A stretch of DNA of 64,000 nt from Longimicrobiales bacterium (lineage in GTDB: Bacteria > Gemmatimonadota > Gemmatimonadetes > Longimicrobiales > Gaopeijiaceae), in contig OZ242008.1 in assembly GCA_965204735.1 (NCBI GenBank), positions 704,001 through 768,000 of the forward strand, in the 5' to 3' direction. The notes below the pieces were generated by a model. It made no database searches. It saw only the letters and a program-made list of their open reading frames with translations, and was not told the DNA's origin. Each line of letters starts with the position of its first letter. Positions within the stretch are counted from its first letter, which is position 1. The translations under genes and the position numbers were made by a program. Positions 24,103 through 35,400 of this stretch are shown in pieces.

Positions 24103-24178
24103 TGGACGGAAGGCGACCCCAAGCCGTCGCTTCCCGGCAGAGTCGGGCCAGTACTACTGCCTGGAAGCCCCGACCCCC

Positions 24179-24916
24179 CTACCCGAACGGCACCACAAGT
24201 CCCGCCTGCAGCAGCAGAGTTCGGTTGCGCAGATCTTCCGGGTCGTCGGTCAATCTGGACAGTCCCAGGGTGTAGAGCCCCTCTGCGCCGAGCCGCAGGC
24301 CGGCAAAGAGCCCCACCTCCACTCCGGCGCCGGCGGCGACGCCGAAGTCCCAGCTGGCGACATTCAGTTCGTTGCCGTCTTCGTCGCACGTGCGGCTCAA
24401 GGTGATGTTCTGGGTCGTCGCCACGATCGTACACTTCAGCTGGTGGGCCACGGCCGGGCCGGCAAGGAAGTGGAGAGACACGGGTCCGTCCGGCGAGAGC
24501 GCTGCCTCGAACAGCGCTGAGAGTGCGACGTAGTCGAGTTGGGCGGTCCCCTCGGCCTGTCCGAACTCCGTCGAGGTGCTGCCTGTCGCGCCCTTCTGCA
24601 CGAAGCGCCCTTCGGCCCGGATGCCGAAGCGCTGGGCAACGGGCAGCGTCAGCGACGCACCGGCGACAAGCCCGCGACGAGACCCGTCGAGGCCTGGCAG
24701 GTTGGTTTCGGTCGCCAGCCTCGCCACGGCCACGCCTCCCCGAAGGGCGAGCTCGACCTGGGCGGCGACGGGAGACGCGACCCCGAGGGCGACAGCCGCT
24801 CCGAGCGCGACCGCCACCTGGGAGCCGGAGCCCGGAAAGACGCGCCGGACGCGGTTCCGGCGGACGCGTTCCGGAGCAGTGGATCGAGAGCGGAAGCAAC
24901 GCATGGGAGCATCCAT
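24179..24916 (-). CDS. Outer-membrane beta-barrel (porin family) protein
   Basis: Signal-peptide-like ...SPVAAQ, alternating beta strands, EGRFVQKG, DFGVAAGAG, YTLGL; start at 24916 or 24904. Confidence 0.75.
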   Translation of the reverse strand: MDAPMRCFRSRSTAPERVRRNRVRRVFPGSGSQVAVALGAAVALGVASPVAAQVELALRGGVAVARLATETNLPGLDGSRRGLVAGASLTLPVAQRFGIRAEGRFVQKGATGSTSTEFGQAEGTAQLDYVALSALFEAALSPDGPVSLHFLAGPAVAHQLKCTIVATTQNITLSRTCDEDGNELNVASWDFGVAAGAGVEVGLFAGLRLGAEGLYTLGLSRLTDDPEDLRNRTLLLQAGLVVPFG

Positions 24917-25002
24917 CCTTTCCGTTGTTGCCGGCGAACATGTCCGCCGGCTCATGTGGCCGAGCTGGGTCGGCGGCAAGCGCGCGCCGCAGAACGTCGG
25001 CG

Positions 25003-27273
25003 CTACCGCAGGTTGACCTGCACTCGAAACGTTCGGCCCGGCTGGGGCAGGCCGCACTGGTCGAACACCTTGGAGTCGGTGGCGTTGGACACGCCGATCG
25101 TTCCTTCCACTCTCCGCAGGAAGGAACCAGCGCCCCAGCGGAAGTTCCGGCGCGCCTCCAGGTCGAGGGTCGCGCTGGCGTCCAGCCGACCCTGGGCCGG
25201 CGACTCCACGTTTTCGCAGAACTGGTTGCCGCGGAAGTGCAGGAAGCCGGTGAAGGCCACCCGCCTCGGGCCTGCGACCGTCAGGTTCAAGTTGCCGGCG
25301 GCGGTGGGCTCGTACTCGGCGCGATGGTCGGAGCCGGGAGCCCCTGCGTCGCGGACTACGACGCGCTGCAGCGTCAAGTCGCCCCCGTAGGTCAGACGCC
25401 CCCAGGTCCCTGCCGCCAGGAACTCGACTCCGGTCGACAGGATTTCGTCCCGATTGACCCGCTGGAAGCGGGTGCCCTCGGGAGTGACGACGCGGCTGCG
25501 CACGATCCCTTCGTAGAGGTGGTGGTGGAAGCCGACGAGCTGCAGGTGGGCTTCCTCCACATCGAAGGTGACCCCCGCTTCGGCGGCGACGAGCTGCTCG
25601 GGGTGAAGTCCCGGGTTCGGCTCGAAGCGGCCCAGGGCGCCGGAGTAGAGTTCGCGCAGCGAAGGGAATCGAGTTCGGCGGCTGACGCCGGCGTGGTAGC
25701 GCACGTTCCCCCCGCGAGCCGCGTAAGTCGCTCCCGCCCGCAATCCCCAGTCCCACATGACGCCCAGCGGGGGCTTGTCTCCCGAAAGAGGCGTGTCCGC
25801 GCCGTCCAGGGCGCCGCCCAGGCTCACCCGCAGACCGCCGTCTCGGCCGTTGGGCGCACCACTTCCCCGTTCGCCCTCGCCGACGGCGCCCGCGTCGCCT
25901 CGGCTTCCTCCAAGGAGTCGGGCAGGGTTCGTCTCGATTTCGGCGCCCAGGCTCCACAAGCGCTGCTCGTAGCGAAACCGGTCGGCCGACGGAAAGCTCT
26001 CGGCGTGAGCGACGTCGGCCACGGTCAGCGCGCTTCGCACCTCCAGCGCGTTCCGGAACACATGGTCCGCCAGCAGCCGACCAGTGAGGGTCGTTGTGAC
26101 GCCGGTCTCGCCGTTCACCACGGTCTGGTACCCCGCCGTGGCGTACTCGTCGATCTCGGAGACGGAGCGGTCGATCCCGAAGCTGGCCTCCAGGTCGCCC
26201 CGTCCCCACCGCGTCGGACGCTCTCCCGAGCCGCCGGAGAGGGTCGCGAAGATGCGGCCCTGGTTCGGGTACCGCCACAACCGCGGGTCCGCCACGTGCG
26301 CCTCCGGAGGGACGCCTCGGGTCACGTCCGAGACCGCCGCCAGCCCCGACGCCCAAGCGCCTCCCGTGCGCAGGTAGTGCGCCGAGACGAAGCCGTCCAG
26401 TTGCCGCCTGTCCGAGTTCAGCCGCTGCGCGGTGCCCCGCTGGCCGGCGAGGAACTCCAGTCGCAAGGCTGGATCATTGAAGGCGTCTTCGGGAACCGGG
26501 ACCCCTGGGCGGTTTCGGTAGCTGGCGCCGCCGCGCACCACCCAGCTCGAGTAGTTCCGCTCGAGCAGGGTCCCGCCGGCGGCGGTCGCGTTCCTTCCGC
26601 CGCTGGGGGCCAAGGAGAGCGCCCCCGTCCACGTCGGCGACGCCCGGTGGGACGTTCCCCGGGCCACGTCGAACTCCAGCGCGCCGCCCAGGACGTTGGG
26701 GCCGTGGACCATCGACGACAGACCCCGGAGGAGGGTCATCTGGCGCACCGCCGTCATGGGAATCACGGACAGATCGGTCCGGTGGTCCCAGCCCAAGGTC
26801 AGGGGTATGCCGTCGAGCAGCACCGCGATCTGCCTGTCCTCTGCGCCCCGCAGGGCGGGCTGGGCCTCGCCTCGGGAGTTGGCGCGGATCTGGATCAGCG
26901 GCATCCGTCGCAGGAAGTCCTCCATGGTGGGAGCGGCCAGGACGCCGGCCGAGTCCACCGACACCTCCACCGCGCTGGTGCCCCCGGTGGTGGTCGTGGG
27001 GCGCGGGACCTCCACCCGCACGCCCTCGACCGGCACCACGGCCACCGAGTCCTGGACCCGTGAGAGTGCCCCGGGCGAAGCCCCTGGCGCGGGCGGCGTC
27101 GTGGGCGCCGCCGCCGCCGGTGCGCTCCAGGCGACGAGCGCAAGAGCAGCGGCGGCCAGATGCGCCGAAGACCGAAGCGCCTGCGGCCCCGCCGAACTCC
27201 GCGACCCCGCCGACTGCCGCAACCGGCGTCCGGTCGTCGCCCGCCCTGGCGTCTCTGCTTCTTGCCTAGTCAT
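25003..27273 (-). CDS. TonB-dependent receptor
   Basis: Plug LRGAEDRQIAVLLDGIPL, LRGLSSMVHGPNVLGG; FPSLRELY, PNPGLHPE; C-terminal PQPGRTFRVQVNLR. Confidence 0.92.
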   Translation of the reverse strand: MTRQEAETPGRATTGRRLRQSAGSRSSAGPQALRSSAHLAAAALALVAWSAPAAAAPTTPPAPGASPGALSRVQDSVAVVPVEGVRVEVPRPTTTTGGTSAVEVSVDSAGVLAAPTMEDFLRRMPLIQIRANSRGEAQPALRGAEDRQIAVLLDGIPLTLGWDHRTDLSVIPMTAVRQMTLLRGLSSMVHGPNVLGGALEFDVARGTSHRASPTWTGALSLAPSGGRNATAAGGTLLERNYSSWVVRGGASYRNRPGVPVPEDAFNDPALRLEFLAGQRGTAQRLNSDRRQLDGFVSAHYLRTGGAWASGLAAVSDVTRGVPPEAHVADPRLWRYPNQGRIFATLSGGSGERPTRWGRGDLEASFGIDRSVSEIDEYATAGYQTVVNGETGVTTTLTGRLLADHVFRNALEVRSALTVADVAHAESFPSADRFRYEQRLWSLGAEIETNPARLLGGSRGDAGAVGEGERGSGAPNGRDGGLRVSLGGALDGADTPLSGDKPPLGVMWDWGLRAGATYAARGGNVRYHAGVSRRTRFPSLRELYSGALGRFEPNPGLHPEQLVAAEAGVTFDVEEAHLQLVGFHHHLYEGIVRSRVVTPEGTRFQRVNRDEILSTGVEFLAAGTWGRLTYGGDLTLQRVVVRDAGAPGSDHRAEYEPTAAGNLNLTVAGPRRVAFTGFLHFRGNQFCENVESPAQGRLDASATLDLEARRNFRWGAGSFLRRVEGTIGVSNATDSKVFDQCGLPQPGRTFRVQVNLR

Positions 27274-27395
27274 CTCCCGGTGCCCGTTTCTCGACTTTCT
27301 CGCCCAATTCGTCCGCTCCCGGCGGCAGCCCGAGTGCCCCGACTTTCAGTGCGCTCAACGGTTGGACCCCGGATCGGCCCGAATTGTTCCGCGCG

Positions 27396-29570
27396 CTACT
27401 CGCGCACGCGCCGACGCACCTGCCGGCGCACGGCCTCGCACACCGCGTCGGTGGTGATCCCGTACCGCCGGTAGACTTCCTCATGCGGCGCCGAGGCCCC
27501 GAAGCGGTCGATGCCGACGGCTGCTCCCCCCGTTCCCAGCCAGCGGTCCCAGCCCATGGAAGCGCCGGCCTCGACGGAGACCCTTGGCACGCCCTCGGGC
27601 AGCACCTCCGCCCGGTACTCGGCGGACTGGGCGGCGAAGAGGCGCCAGCTGGGAAGACTCGCCACCCGAACCCCCACGCCTTCCCCGGCCAAGCGGCTCT
27701 GGGCTTCCAGCGCCAAGGCGACTTCCGAGCCGGAGGCGAGGATCACCGCGTCGATCCCCCTGGAGCTGCGCGCGACTCGGCCGTCGGCGGCAAGCTCGCC
27801 GCCGGCGGTCCGCTCCCCGTCGGGGACGTCCTGGTCGGGGCCGTCCTCGTCGACCGCCGGCGCCTCCGCACGCCCCACCGGCTCCCGCAGCACGTACCCG
27901 CCCCGGTGGAGTCCCTTGGCGGACCCGGTCCCGGGTGCCTTCCGGTCGATCACCGGCACCGTCTGGCGGGTCAGGGAGAGGAACGACGGGCCGGTCGCGT
28001 TCCCCAGCGCCGCTCGCCACGCCTCCACCGTCTCCGGGCCGTCGGCGGGGCGCAGATCCAGCAGCCCGGGAATCGCGCGCAGGGCGGCCAAGTGCTCCAC
28101 GGGCTGGTGGGTCGGCCCGTCCTCGCCCAGCCCGATGCTGTCGTGGGTGAAGACGTGGACGACCGGAAGCCCCATCAGCGCCGCCAGCCGGATCGCCGGC
28201 CGCATGTAGTCGGAAAAGACGAGGAAGGTGCCGCCGAAGGGCCGGACGCCCCCGTGGAGGGCTATGCCGTTCATGATCGCCCCCATGGCGTGCTCCCGGA
28301 CGCCGAAGTGGACGATCCGCCCGCCGGGCGCGCTCGCCAGCAAGTCGCCTCCGCCGACGATGTCGGTCTTGTTCGACCCCCCCAAGTCGGCGGAGCCCCC
28401 GACCATGTTGGGCAACGCGCGCGCCGCAGCCTGGAGCGCCTTCCCCGAGTGGTTGCGCGTGGCGGTGGCAGGCGCCTCCGACAGATCCGGCAGGGCGTCG
28501 TCCCAGCCCTTGGGCAGCTTCCCGGCCAGCTCCGCCTCCATCGCCGTCGCAGCATCCGGGTGCGCGGCCCGATACGCGTCGAAGCGCCGTCGCCAAGCCG
28601 CCTGCCGCTCCGCTCCCCGAGCCACGCACTGCCGCCAGTGCTCCAGCGCCGCCGGCTCCACATGGAACGGCTCCAGCGACGGGTAGCCGATCGCGCGCTT
28701 CGTGGCCTCCACCTCTCCGGCCCCCAGGGGCGCCCCGTGGGTCGAGGCCAGCCCGGCCATGTTGGGGCTGCCTTCGGCGATCGTCGTGCGCAGCACGATC
28801 AGCGTCGGCCGCTCCGTCTCCGCCTTGGCGGCGGCCAGGGCCGCGTCGATCTCCTCCAGGTCGGTTCCGTCTTCCACCGAGAGCGTGTGCCATCCGTAGC
28901 CCTCGAAGCGACGAGCCTGGTCCGTGGCCGTGGCCAGCGCCGTGTCGCCCTCGATCGTGATCCGGTTGTCGTCGAAGATCCACGTGAGCTTGCCTAGCCG
29001 CTGGTGTCCGGCGATCTCGGCCGCCTCGTGGGAGAGGCCCTCCATGAGGTCGCCGTCGGAGCAGACGGCCCACGTGCGGTGGTCCACGACCCGGTGGCCG
29101 GGACGGTTCCAGCGCTCCGCCAGCCAGCGCTCCGCCAGCGCCATTCCCACCGTGTTGGCGACGCCCTGCCCGAGGGGTCCCGTCGTGGTCTCGACGCCGG
29201 CCGTGTGGCCGTGCTCCGGGTGGCCGGGCGTCTTGCTTCCCCACTGGCGGAAGTTGCGCACCTCGTCCAGCGACAGCTCGTACCCCGTCAGATGGAGCAG
29301 GCTGTAGAGGAGCATCGAGGCGTGGCCCGCCGAGAGCACGAAGCGGTCCCGGTCCGGCCACTTCGGGTCCCTCGGGTTGTGGCGCAGGTGGCGGGTCCAG
29401 AGGACGTAGCCGACGGGGGCCAGGGCCATGGGGGCGCCCGGATGTCCCGAGGCGGCCGCCTGCACCGCATCCATGGAGAGGACCTTGACCGCGTCCACGG
29501 CGAGCTTCTCGACCGAGCCGCTCGCCGCCCGCTCCTGGAATCCGCCGGAAGGAGCCGCAGCCGAAGTCAT
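27396..29570 (-). CDS. tkt: Transketolase
   Basis: [64 protein letters not shown] overlaps leuS stop. Confidence 0.97.
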   Translation of the reverse strand: MTSAAAPSGGFQERAASGSVEKLAVDAVKVLSMDAVQAAASGHPGAPMALAPVGYVLWTRHLRHNPRDPKWPDRDRFVLSAGHASMLLYSLLHLTGYELSLDEVRNFRQWGSKTPGHPEHGHTAGVETTTGPLGQGVANTVGMALAERWLAERWNRPGHRVVDHRTWAVCSDGDLMEGLSHEAAEIAGHQRLGKLTWIFDDNRITIEGDTALATATDQARRFEGYGWHTLSVEDGTDLEEIDAALAAAKAETERPTLIVLRTTIAEGSPNMAGLASTHGAPLGAGEVEATKRAIGYPSLEPFHVEPAALEHWRQCVARGAERQAAWRRRFDAYRAAHPDAATAMEAELAGKLPKGWDDALPDLSEAPATATRNHSGKALQAAARALPNMVGGSADLGGSNKTDIVGGGDLLASAPGGRIVHFGVREHAMGAIMNGIALHGGVRPFGGTFLVFSDYMRPAIRLAALMGLPVVHVFTHDSIGLGEDGPTHQPVEHLAALRAIPGLLDLRPADGPETVEAWRAALGNATGPSFLSLTRQTVPVIDRKAPGTGSAKGLHRGGYVLREPVGRAEAPAVDEDGPDQDVPDGERTAGGELAADGRVARSSRGIDAVILASGSEVALALEAQSRLAGEGVGVRVASLPSWRLFAAQSAEYRAEVLPEGVPRVSVEAGASMGWDRWLGTGGAAVGIDRFGASAPHEEVYRRYGITTDAVCEAVRRQVRRRVRE

Positions 29571-32101
29571 GCGGCCACGAAGTTGAGGAGGCGGTCCGGC
29601 ACATGCACGATCTTCCGCACCTTCAAGCCGTCGAGGTGTCGCGCCACGTTCCCCTCGGTGCGGGCCAGCGCCGCCACCGCGTCCCGCTCCGACCCCGCCG
29701 GCGCCGACACCGTGGCCCGCACCCGGCCGTTCACCTGCACCGCGATCCTCACCTGCTTCTCGGCCGCCTTCTCCGGGTCGAACGCCGGCCAGTGGGCGCC
29801 GTCGAAGATGCTGCCCCGCCGCCCCATCCTCCGCCAAAGCTCCTCGGCGACATGGGGCGCGAACGGCGCGACCATGCGCACCAGCGGCTCGATCTCCCCC
29901 CGGCGCGGCGCCCTCCCCCCGGCCCTGGCCGCGTTCAAGTACTCCATCATCGCCGCGATCGCCGTGTTGTAGCGCAGCTCGGCCAGCTGCTCCGTCACTT
30001 GGCGGATCGTCTGGTGAAGCTTCCGCTCCACGGCCGGCTCCGGCGGCTCGTCGGGCGCCTCGCCCTCTCGCGGCGCCACCGACTCCCACAGGCGATGCAG
30101 GAAGCCGTGAGGCCCCGCAATCCCCTTGTCCTGGTAGTCGCCCCCCTCCAGGAACGGCCCCAGGAACATGAGGTAGAGCCGGAAGGTGTCGGCGCCGTAC
30201 TTCTCGATGATCGCGTCGGGGATGATCACGTTCCCCTTGCTCTTCGACATCTTGGCGCCCTCCCGGATGATCAGGCCGTGCGCGCGAAATCGGTCGTAGG
30301 GCTCCTCGAACGCCAGCAGTCCCATGTCGTGGAGCGCCATGACGACGAAGCGCGAATACAGCAGGTGCAGGACCGCGTGTTCGTTGCCCCCGATGTAGGC
30401 GTCCACCGGGAGCCAGCGTCGGGTGATCTCGTCGTCGAAGGGACGATCGGCGAAATCGGTGGACGGGTAGCGGAGAAAGTACCAGGCGCTGTCCACGAAG
30501 ACGTCGGAAACATCTGTTTCACGGACAGCGTCGCGGTCGCAGGCGGGGCAGGGGACCTCGTACCACTCCTGGATCCGCGCCAGGGGGCTGACGCCGGAGT
30601 CGTCGGGCCTGAAGTCCTCTGCATGAGGAAGCACGACGGGCAGCTCCTCCTCGGGCACCGGAACCGGCCCGCACGCATCGCAGTGGACGATGGGGATCGG
30701 CGGCCCCCAGTATCGCTGCCGCGACACGCACCAGTCGTGGAGGCGGTAGTTGACCTTCCGCTCGGCCAGCCCGCGGGCGGCCAGGTCGTCCACCACCGCG
30801 CGCTTCGCGTCGGCGACGGACATGCCGTCGTAGCGCCCCGAGTTGACCAGGACGCCGGCGTGGGTCTCGTACGCCGCGACGGGCTCGCCTTTCCCGCCGC
30901 CTCCCTCCCCGGGCGGCAGCACCACCGGGACGATCGGCAGGCCGAAGGCGGAGGCGAAGTCGAAGTCGCGCTGATCGTGGCCCGGCACCGCCATGATCGC
31001 CCCGGTCCCGTACCCCATGAGCACGTAGTCGGCAACCCACACCGGCACCGGCCGTCCCGTCGCCGGGTTGACGCAGAAGCCTCCGGTGAAGACCCCCGTC
31101 TTCTCCTTGTCGGCCTTCTGGCGGGCCACCAGATCCATCGCCTTGGTGCGCGCCCGGTACTCGTCCACGGCCCGGCGGCGGGAGTCGGCGGTGATCCGGT
31201 CCACCATCGGGTGCTCCGGGGCCAGCACGACGTAGGTCGCGCCGAAGACTGTGTCGGGGCGCGTGGTGAAGACGGGAACGGCCGCTTCGGGCTCGCCGAA
31301 GGAATCCAGCCGTTCGTCGCCGGAGTCGGCCACGCCGGAGTCGGCCGCCCCGGCCCCGGCTCCAGCCACCGGAAAGCGCAGCTCCGCGCCCTCGGATCGC
31401 CCGATCCAGTTGCTCTGCGCCTTCAGAGTGGCGGCCGACCAGTCGATGTGGTCCAGGTTCTTCAGGAGCCTTTCGGCGTACTCGGTGATCTTGAAGAACC
31501 ACTGGCGGATCTGCCGCTGCTCCACCGGCGTGACGCACCGCTCGCACTCGCCGGCGATCACCTGCTCGTTGGCCAGCACCGTCATGCAGGACGGGCACCA
31601 GTTGACCGGCGCCTCCTTCTGCACCGCCAGTCCTCGCTTGAAGAACTGCACGAAGATCCACTGCGTCCATCCGTAGTAGCGGACGTCGGTGGTGTCCACG
31701 GTGTGGGTCCAGTCGAACATCCCCCCGATCCGGCGCAGCTGGCGACGGAAGTTGGCCACGTTGCGGGGGATCAGCTCCATCGGGTGCACGCCGGTCTTCA
31801 GGGCGAAGTTCTCCGAGTGGATGCCGAAGGCGTCGAAGCCGATCGGCTCGAATACGTCGTAGCCCTGCATCCGTTTGAAGCGGCCGTGCACGTCGGCGCC
31901 GGTGAAGGCGTAGATGTTGCCCACGTGGAGCCCCTCGGCGGAGGGGTAGGGGAACATCATCAGGTTGAAGAAGGGCCGGCGCGCGGTGCGCAGCTCCTCC
32001 AGCGTGAAGGAGTTGGTCCCGTCCTCCTCCCAGCGCCGCTGCCAGTGCGCTTCCACGGCGACGGGGTCGTAGGCCCGGTTGGCGGGGTCGTAGGCGGACA
32101 T
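29567..32101 (-). CDS. leuS: Leucine--tRNA ligase
   Basis: [14 protein letters not shown] (HIGH-like), [15 protein letters not shown], editing domain FTTRPDT. Confidence 0.97.
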   Translation of the reverse strand: MSAYDPANRAYDPVAVEAHWQRRWEEDGTNSFTLEELRTARRPFFNLMMFPYPSAEGLHVGNIYAFTGADVHGRFKRMQGYDVFEPIGFDAFGIHSENFALKTGVHPMELIPRNVANFRRQLRRIGGMFDWTHTVDTTDVRYYGWTQWIFVQFFKRGLAVQKEAPVNWCPSCMTVLANEQVIAGECERCVTPVEQRQIRQWFFKITEYAERLLKNLDHIDWSAATLKAQSNWIGRSEGAELRFPVAGAGAGAADSGVADSGDERLDSFGEPEAAVPVFTTRPDTVFGATYVVLAPEHPMVDRITADSRRRAVDEYRARTKAMDLVARQKADKEKTGVFTGGFCVNPATGRPVPVWVADYVLMGYGTGAIMAVPGHDQRDFDFASAFGLPIVPVVLPPGEGGGGKGEPVAAYETHAGVLVNSGRYDGMSVADAKRAVVDDLAARGLAERKVNYRLHDWCVSRQRYWGPPIPIVHCDACGPVPVPEEELPVVLPHAEDFRPDDSGVSPLARIQEWYEVPCPACDRDAVRETDVSDVFVDSAWYFLRYPSTDFADRPFDDEITRRWLPVDAYIGGNEHAVLHLLYSRFVVMALHDMGLLAFEEPYDRFRAHGLIIREGAKMSKSKGNVIIPDAIIEKYGADTFRLYLMFLGPFLEGGDYQDKGIAGPHGFLHRLWESVAPREGEAPDEPPEPAVERKLHQTIRQVTEQLAELRYNTAIAAMMEYLNAARAGGRAPRRGEIEPLVRMVAPFAPHVAEELWRRMGRRGSIFDGAHWPAFDPEKAAEKQVRIAVQVNGRVRATVSAPAGSERDAVAALARTEGNVARHLDGLKVRKIVHVPDRLLNFVAA

Positions 32102-32339
32102 GAGGGAGACTAGATTGAACGGGGAACCGTTGGTGGTTGGGGTAGGTTAGGCTGGTCGGAACAGGGGCTGCGCGAAATGCGGCATAAAGGTTGAAGCGAA
32201 GCCGAACCGGGTCGGTGTAGTCCGCTGGCGGACTGCCCCTGAAGTGCCGCACTGCAAGCCATGTATTCCGGGATCCATCGTCGCCTAGTGTAGAACGCGA
32301 GCAGAGCGATGGTATCCGTCAATGCTCCGCTTCCCCCGC

Positions 32340-33005
32340 TTAGTCCGCTAGCGACAAGGTACACGTCCAGTAGCCGTCTACTCTGCCGTCGTCATCTTCG
32401 TCCCCGCCCCCACTAGTCTCATGGAATCTGCAAGTCAAAGTGGAATCGGACGTCAGTGATCTCATGGCCCTGCGCTCACAAACGTTCAGGAGCCAGTTAT
32501 TGAAACTACACAGTCCCATATACATATTATCAAAGCTCCCGTTCATGTCGTAAGACCTGGCTGCAGACTCGCACCACCAATTCCTATTGGACGCTATCCG
32601 TGCACAAGCACTATGCCGCGTATAACGAGGTGTGCGGACCAGGTCAGAAAGAGTAGACTGAGGTAGCACACAAGTACCCAGAGGATCCGTTGGGGGCGTA
32701 GGCGAAGGCGACACGGATAGTGCTAGAGTACCAATGAGACACATGGTTCCCTTACCGTGATGACGACTGGAGCGTCGTTCCGATAAGCTCACCATCCACA
32801 TGCCGAGTGCGACGATCGGCACCAACCAGATCGCTCTAGCCATGATAGCAGCCAGGGGAGCCCATCCGGGGATCGCCATGAGCTTCTTGAGGTCTTCGAC
32901 GTCTCCAGCGATCGAGACCAGTACCGGGGCCAGCCACAGGACCGCCGTGAGCAACGTCACGCCGACCAGCAGGATGGTGATGAGCGACCTAGTCCTTATC
33001 TTCAT
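32340..33005 (-). CDS. Hypothetical membrane-anchored Cys-rich protein (low GC)
   Basis: Open frame in a lower-GC segment; 2-3 hydrophobic N-terminal segments then a domain with ~7 Cys; start could be 33005 or 33077. Confidence 0.5.
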   Translation of the reverse strand: MKIRTRSLITILLVGVTLLTAVLWLAPVLVSIAGDVEDLKKLMAIPGWAPLAAIMARAIWLVPIVALGMWMVSLSERRSSRHHGKGTMCLIGTLALSVSPSPTPPTDPLGTCVLPQSTLSDLVRTPRYTRHSACARIASNRNWWCESAARSYDMNGSFDNMYMGLCSFNNWLLNVCERRAMRSLTSDSTLTCRFHETSGGGDEDDDGRVDGYWTCTLSLAD

Positions 33006-33202
33006 GTCCAGAGTCTCCGTCGGTTGGACTGCGCTTGAATGGGGGTGGAAGTTCTGCCTCTTGGGCTCACAAGTCAAGAGGTCGGGACTCCATCAGTGTC
33101 GTACCAATTTAGAAGTGTCTGGATCTGGATATCCTCTTTCGGGCGATGTTCGGCGGGAGTCGACCGGGTCTGACGGCGTCCGACGAGGTAGTAGCTAGCT
33201 AG

Positions 33203-35048
33203 CTAGTGTCTGCCAGAAAATAGGGGTCTGGCGCGATCTGGCGAGTCGCCAGGCGCGCCGAGTGGCTGTGACGGGGCCTGGAAGGTGCTGGCGACCGGGT
33301 CCAGAAGAGGTTGCGTGGGCGTTTTGGAGGCGCTGCGCGAGCGATTTGGAGGCACGGATCCGCTTGATCCGGGCTGCTGGAGACTCGTGTCCGCATCCCT
33401 CCCGAGGAAGGGCGGTGGAGCCCGGTCGTCCGAGAATGCCGCGTCGTTACGCGGCCCGTCGTCGTCGCTTTCCGTTCTTGAGAGCGTTGCGCCTGATCTG
33501 GAGCGCGCGCCGCTCGCGGCGCTGGAGCAAGACGCCGAGCGTGTGCACGTTGGCGGCCACGATCGACAAGGCGACGCTCCGGGCGAAGCCCGCAGCGCCC
33601 CGGGTCCGAACCCGAGCGAGGCCGTGGTGCTGCAAGTGGTTGATCCCCGACTCGACGGACGGGTGGCGCCGCCGCGCGGCGACGAACGCGGGATCGAGTT
33701 CCCTGACCTTGGCCGCCTTGCCCAGCTTGCCCTTCTGCGGCAACACGTTGCCGTCGGGCAGCAGCGCGTCCAGGCGCGCCCGGTTGGCCGGGCTGTGGAA
33801 GCCCTTGTCGAAGCTGCACGCCCGCAAGTCCGGATACGTCGCCCGGACCGCCTCGATCAGCGGGACGGCCACATGCACGTCCTCGCCTTCCCACAACACC
33901 GACCAGCCGAGCACGAACCGGTACTGGTCTTCGACGACGCACACCGGCACGCCCAACTCCACCGGGTTGCCCGCCTTCCCCTTCGACACCCAGCGCGTGT
34001 GCGGCTCGAACACCGAGAACACCTTCTCCGCGTGGGCGATCTTCTCGCCCTTCACCAACCGGCGCTCCACCTGGTCCACCTGCCGCAGCGCGTGGCCCAG
34101 CCAGTGCAGGATCGGCAGCATCTCGTCGCTCCCTGCGCCCGCCCGCTCCAGCCGGCGCACCGACTCGGCCGCCCGGTCGGCCAGCTTCCGGCAAAGCTCC
34201 ACGTACTCCGCCACGGCGCCCGGCCACCGCTTGCGCTGCCGTGCCGTGCAGACCCGCCTGGCCAGCTGCTTCGCCTGTTGCGTCAGATGGGCGTGCTGAC
34301 GCCAACCGCCGATGCCGCGACGCGCGCACGCCCGAGTCGCTTCGCGGACCATGCAGCGCACGGCGTCCATGAGCAGGCCCACGTCGGTGGGGTGTCGGAC
34401 GTCGGTCTTCGCGACGAACGAGTCACACCGCCCGCGCAACGTTGCGCCAGACTTTTTTTTTACGACCCGGTGCCCCGTCTCCACCACCAGCCGGTTCACC
34501 TCCCGCAGCAGCTCCGGCGTCAGCAGACTCACGTTGTCCACCACCGTCTGGTACTGGTACTCGTGCACGTCGAAGTCGCCGTGGCCCAGCATCGCCCGCA
34601 CCGTCCGATGCTGGTTCGCCAGCTCGTGCAGCCGGTCGAAGTCGCAGGCCAGACCCTGCTTCAGCACGCCCAGCACGAGGATGCGCCACAGCTCCATCCC
34701 CGGACGGCCCAGCCGATGGTCCGACTCGGGACACACGCCGGCCTCCAGCAACGCCCACAGCTCCGGCCGCCGCTCCTCGTACAGCAGCTGCAGCCCCCTC
34801 AGCACCGCCGGGATGTCGTCGCGCGACTTGGGATCGAGATCGATCTCGCCGATCGGCACTTGGCCGAGACCGAACTGGCACTCCTGCACCTTCCGCATGG
34901 CAGCAACCCTCCGCGAAGATCCCGCCAAACAGGGCCTCGCAAGGCCCCCGAACCTCAAAAACTACTGCAACCGCCCAATCTTCGGTACCTTCACCCCCTC
35001 GAATCCCCTGTCAGTCCAACGAAAACCGACTTCTCTGGCAGACACTAG
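33203..35048 (-). mobile_element. Intact insertion sequence (ISNCY/IS5-like) inserted at CTAG
   Basis: Terminal IRs CTAGTGTCTGCCAGA(A/G)AA at both ends with extra CTAG copies outside; ends could be 33207/35044 if the inner CTAG is the duplication. Confidence 0.88.
33447..34898 (-). CDS. DDE transposase (ISNCY/IS5-like)
   Basis: SRDDIP, GRPGM.LWRILVLG, RCDSFV..TDV.HPTD, KVFSVFEPHT..W.SKGKA, SFDKGF, H..VESGIN.L. Confidence 0.9.
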   Translation of the reverse strand: MRKVQECQFGLGQVPIGEIDLDPKSRDDIPAVLRGLQLLYEERRPELWALLEAGVCPESDHRLGRPGMELWRILVLGVLKQGLACDFDRLHELANQHRTVRAMLGHGDFDVHEYQYQTVVDNVSLLTPELLREVNRLVVETGHRVVKKKSGATLRGRCDSFVAKTDVRHPTDVGLLMDAVRCMVREATRACARRGIGGWRQHAHLTQQAKQLARRVCTARQRKRWPGAVAEYVELCRKLADRAAESVRRLERAGAGSDEMLPILHWLGHALRQVDQVERRLVKGEKIAHAEKVFSVFEPHTRWVSKGKAGNPVELGVPVCVVEDQYRFVLGWSVLWEGEDVHVAVPLIEAVRATYPDLRACSFDKGFHSPANRARLDALLPDGNVLPQKGKLGKAAKVRELDPAFVAARRRHPSVESGINHLQHHGLARVRTRGAAGFARSVALSIVAANVHTLGVLLQRRERRALQIRRNALKNGKRRRRAA

Positions 35049-35169
35049 CTAGGTGGTCGTGCACGGGCTCTGGGGTCGGAGGTTGAACCGGTCGCTGCCG
35101 TCGGAGACGTGGGAGCAGCTGCTGGCCATGGCCAGGGGCGCCGACTACGCCCGACTTCGGTGCCACGCA

Positions 35170-35400
35170 GACGGACACGCACGTCATGGCCCGCGACTTC
35201 ACCGTGCGCTTCGAGAACCGCTTCTGGCAGGTCACGGCCCTCGATACGGAGGCGGCCGTCGTCGCGGCTGCTACCTGGCACCCAAGGCTTTGGGGGCGGT
35301 CCGGTCGGCGACGCCCAAGCCGCCAAAGCCGGGAACGGATCACCCGTGGCGCAAGCACTTCCGCGCCAGCGTGGCCCAGGCCGTGGCCAAGCGGGAACAC
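35170..35400 (+). pseudogene. Frameshifted C-terminal remnant of an IS1202/ISNCY-type transposase
   Basis: RHVMARDFTVRFENRFWQV in one frame and PKPPKPGTDHPWRK in another; both resemble the C-terminus of these transposases. Confidence 0.6.

Noticed and set aside
27274..27395. Cobalamin riboswitch or Fur box upstream of the TonB receptor
   Set aside because: Interval is short and lacks recognisable conserved boxes
32175..32205. dif/XerCD-like site near the IS1202-like element
   Set aside because: Only a partial XerC-like arm (tgcggcataa); no XerD arm
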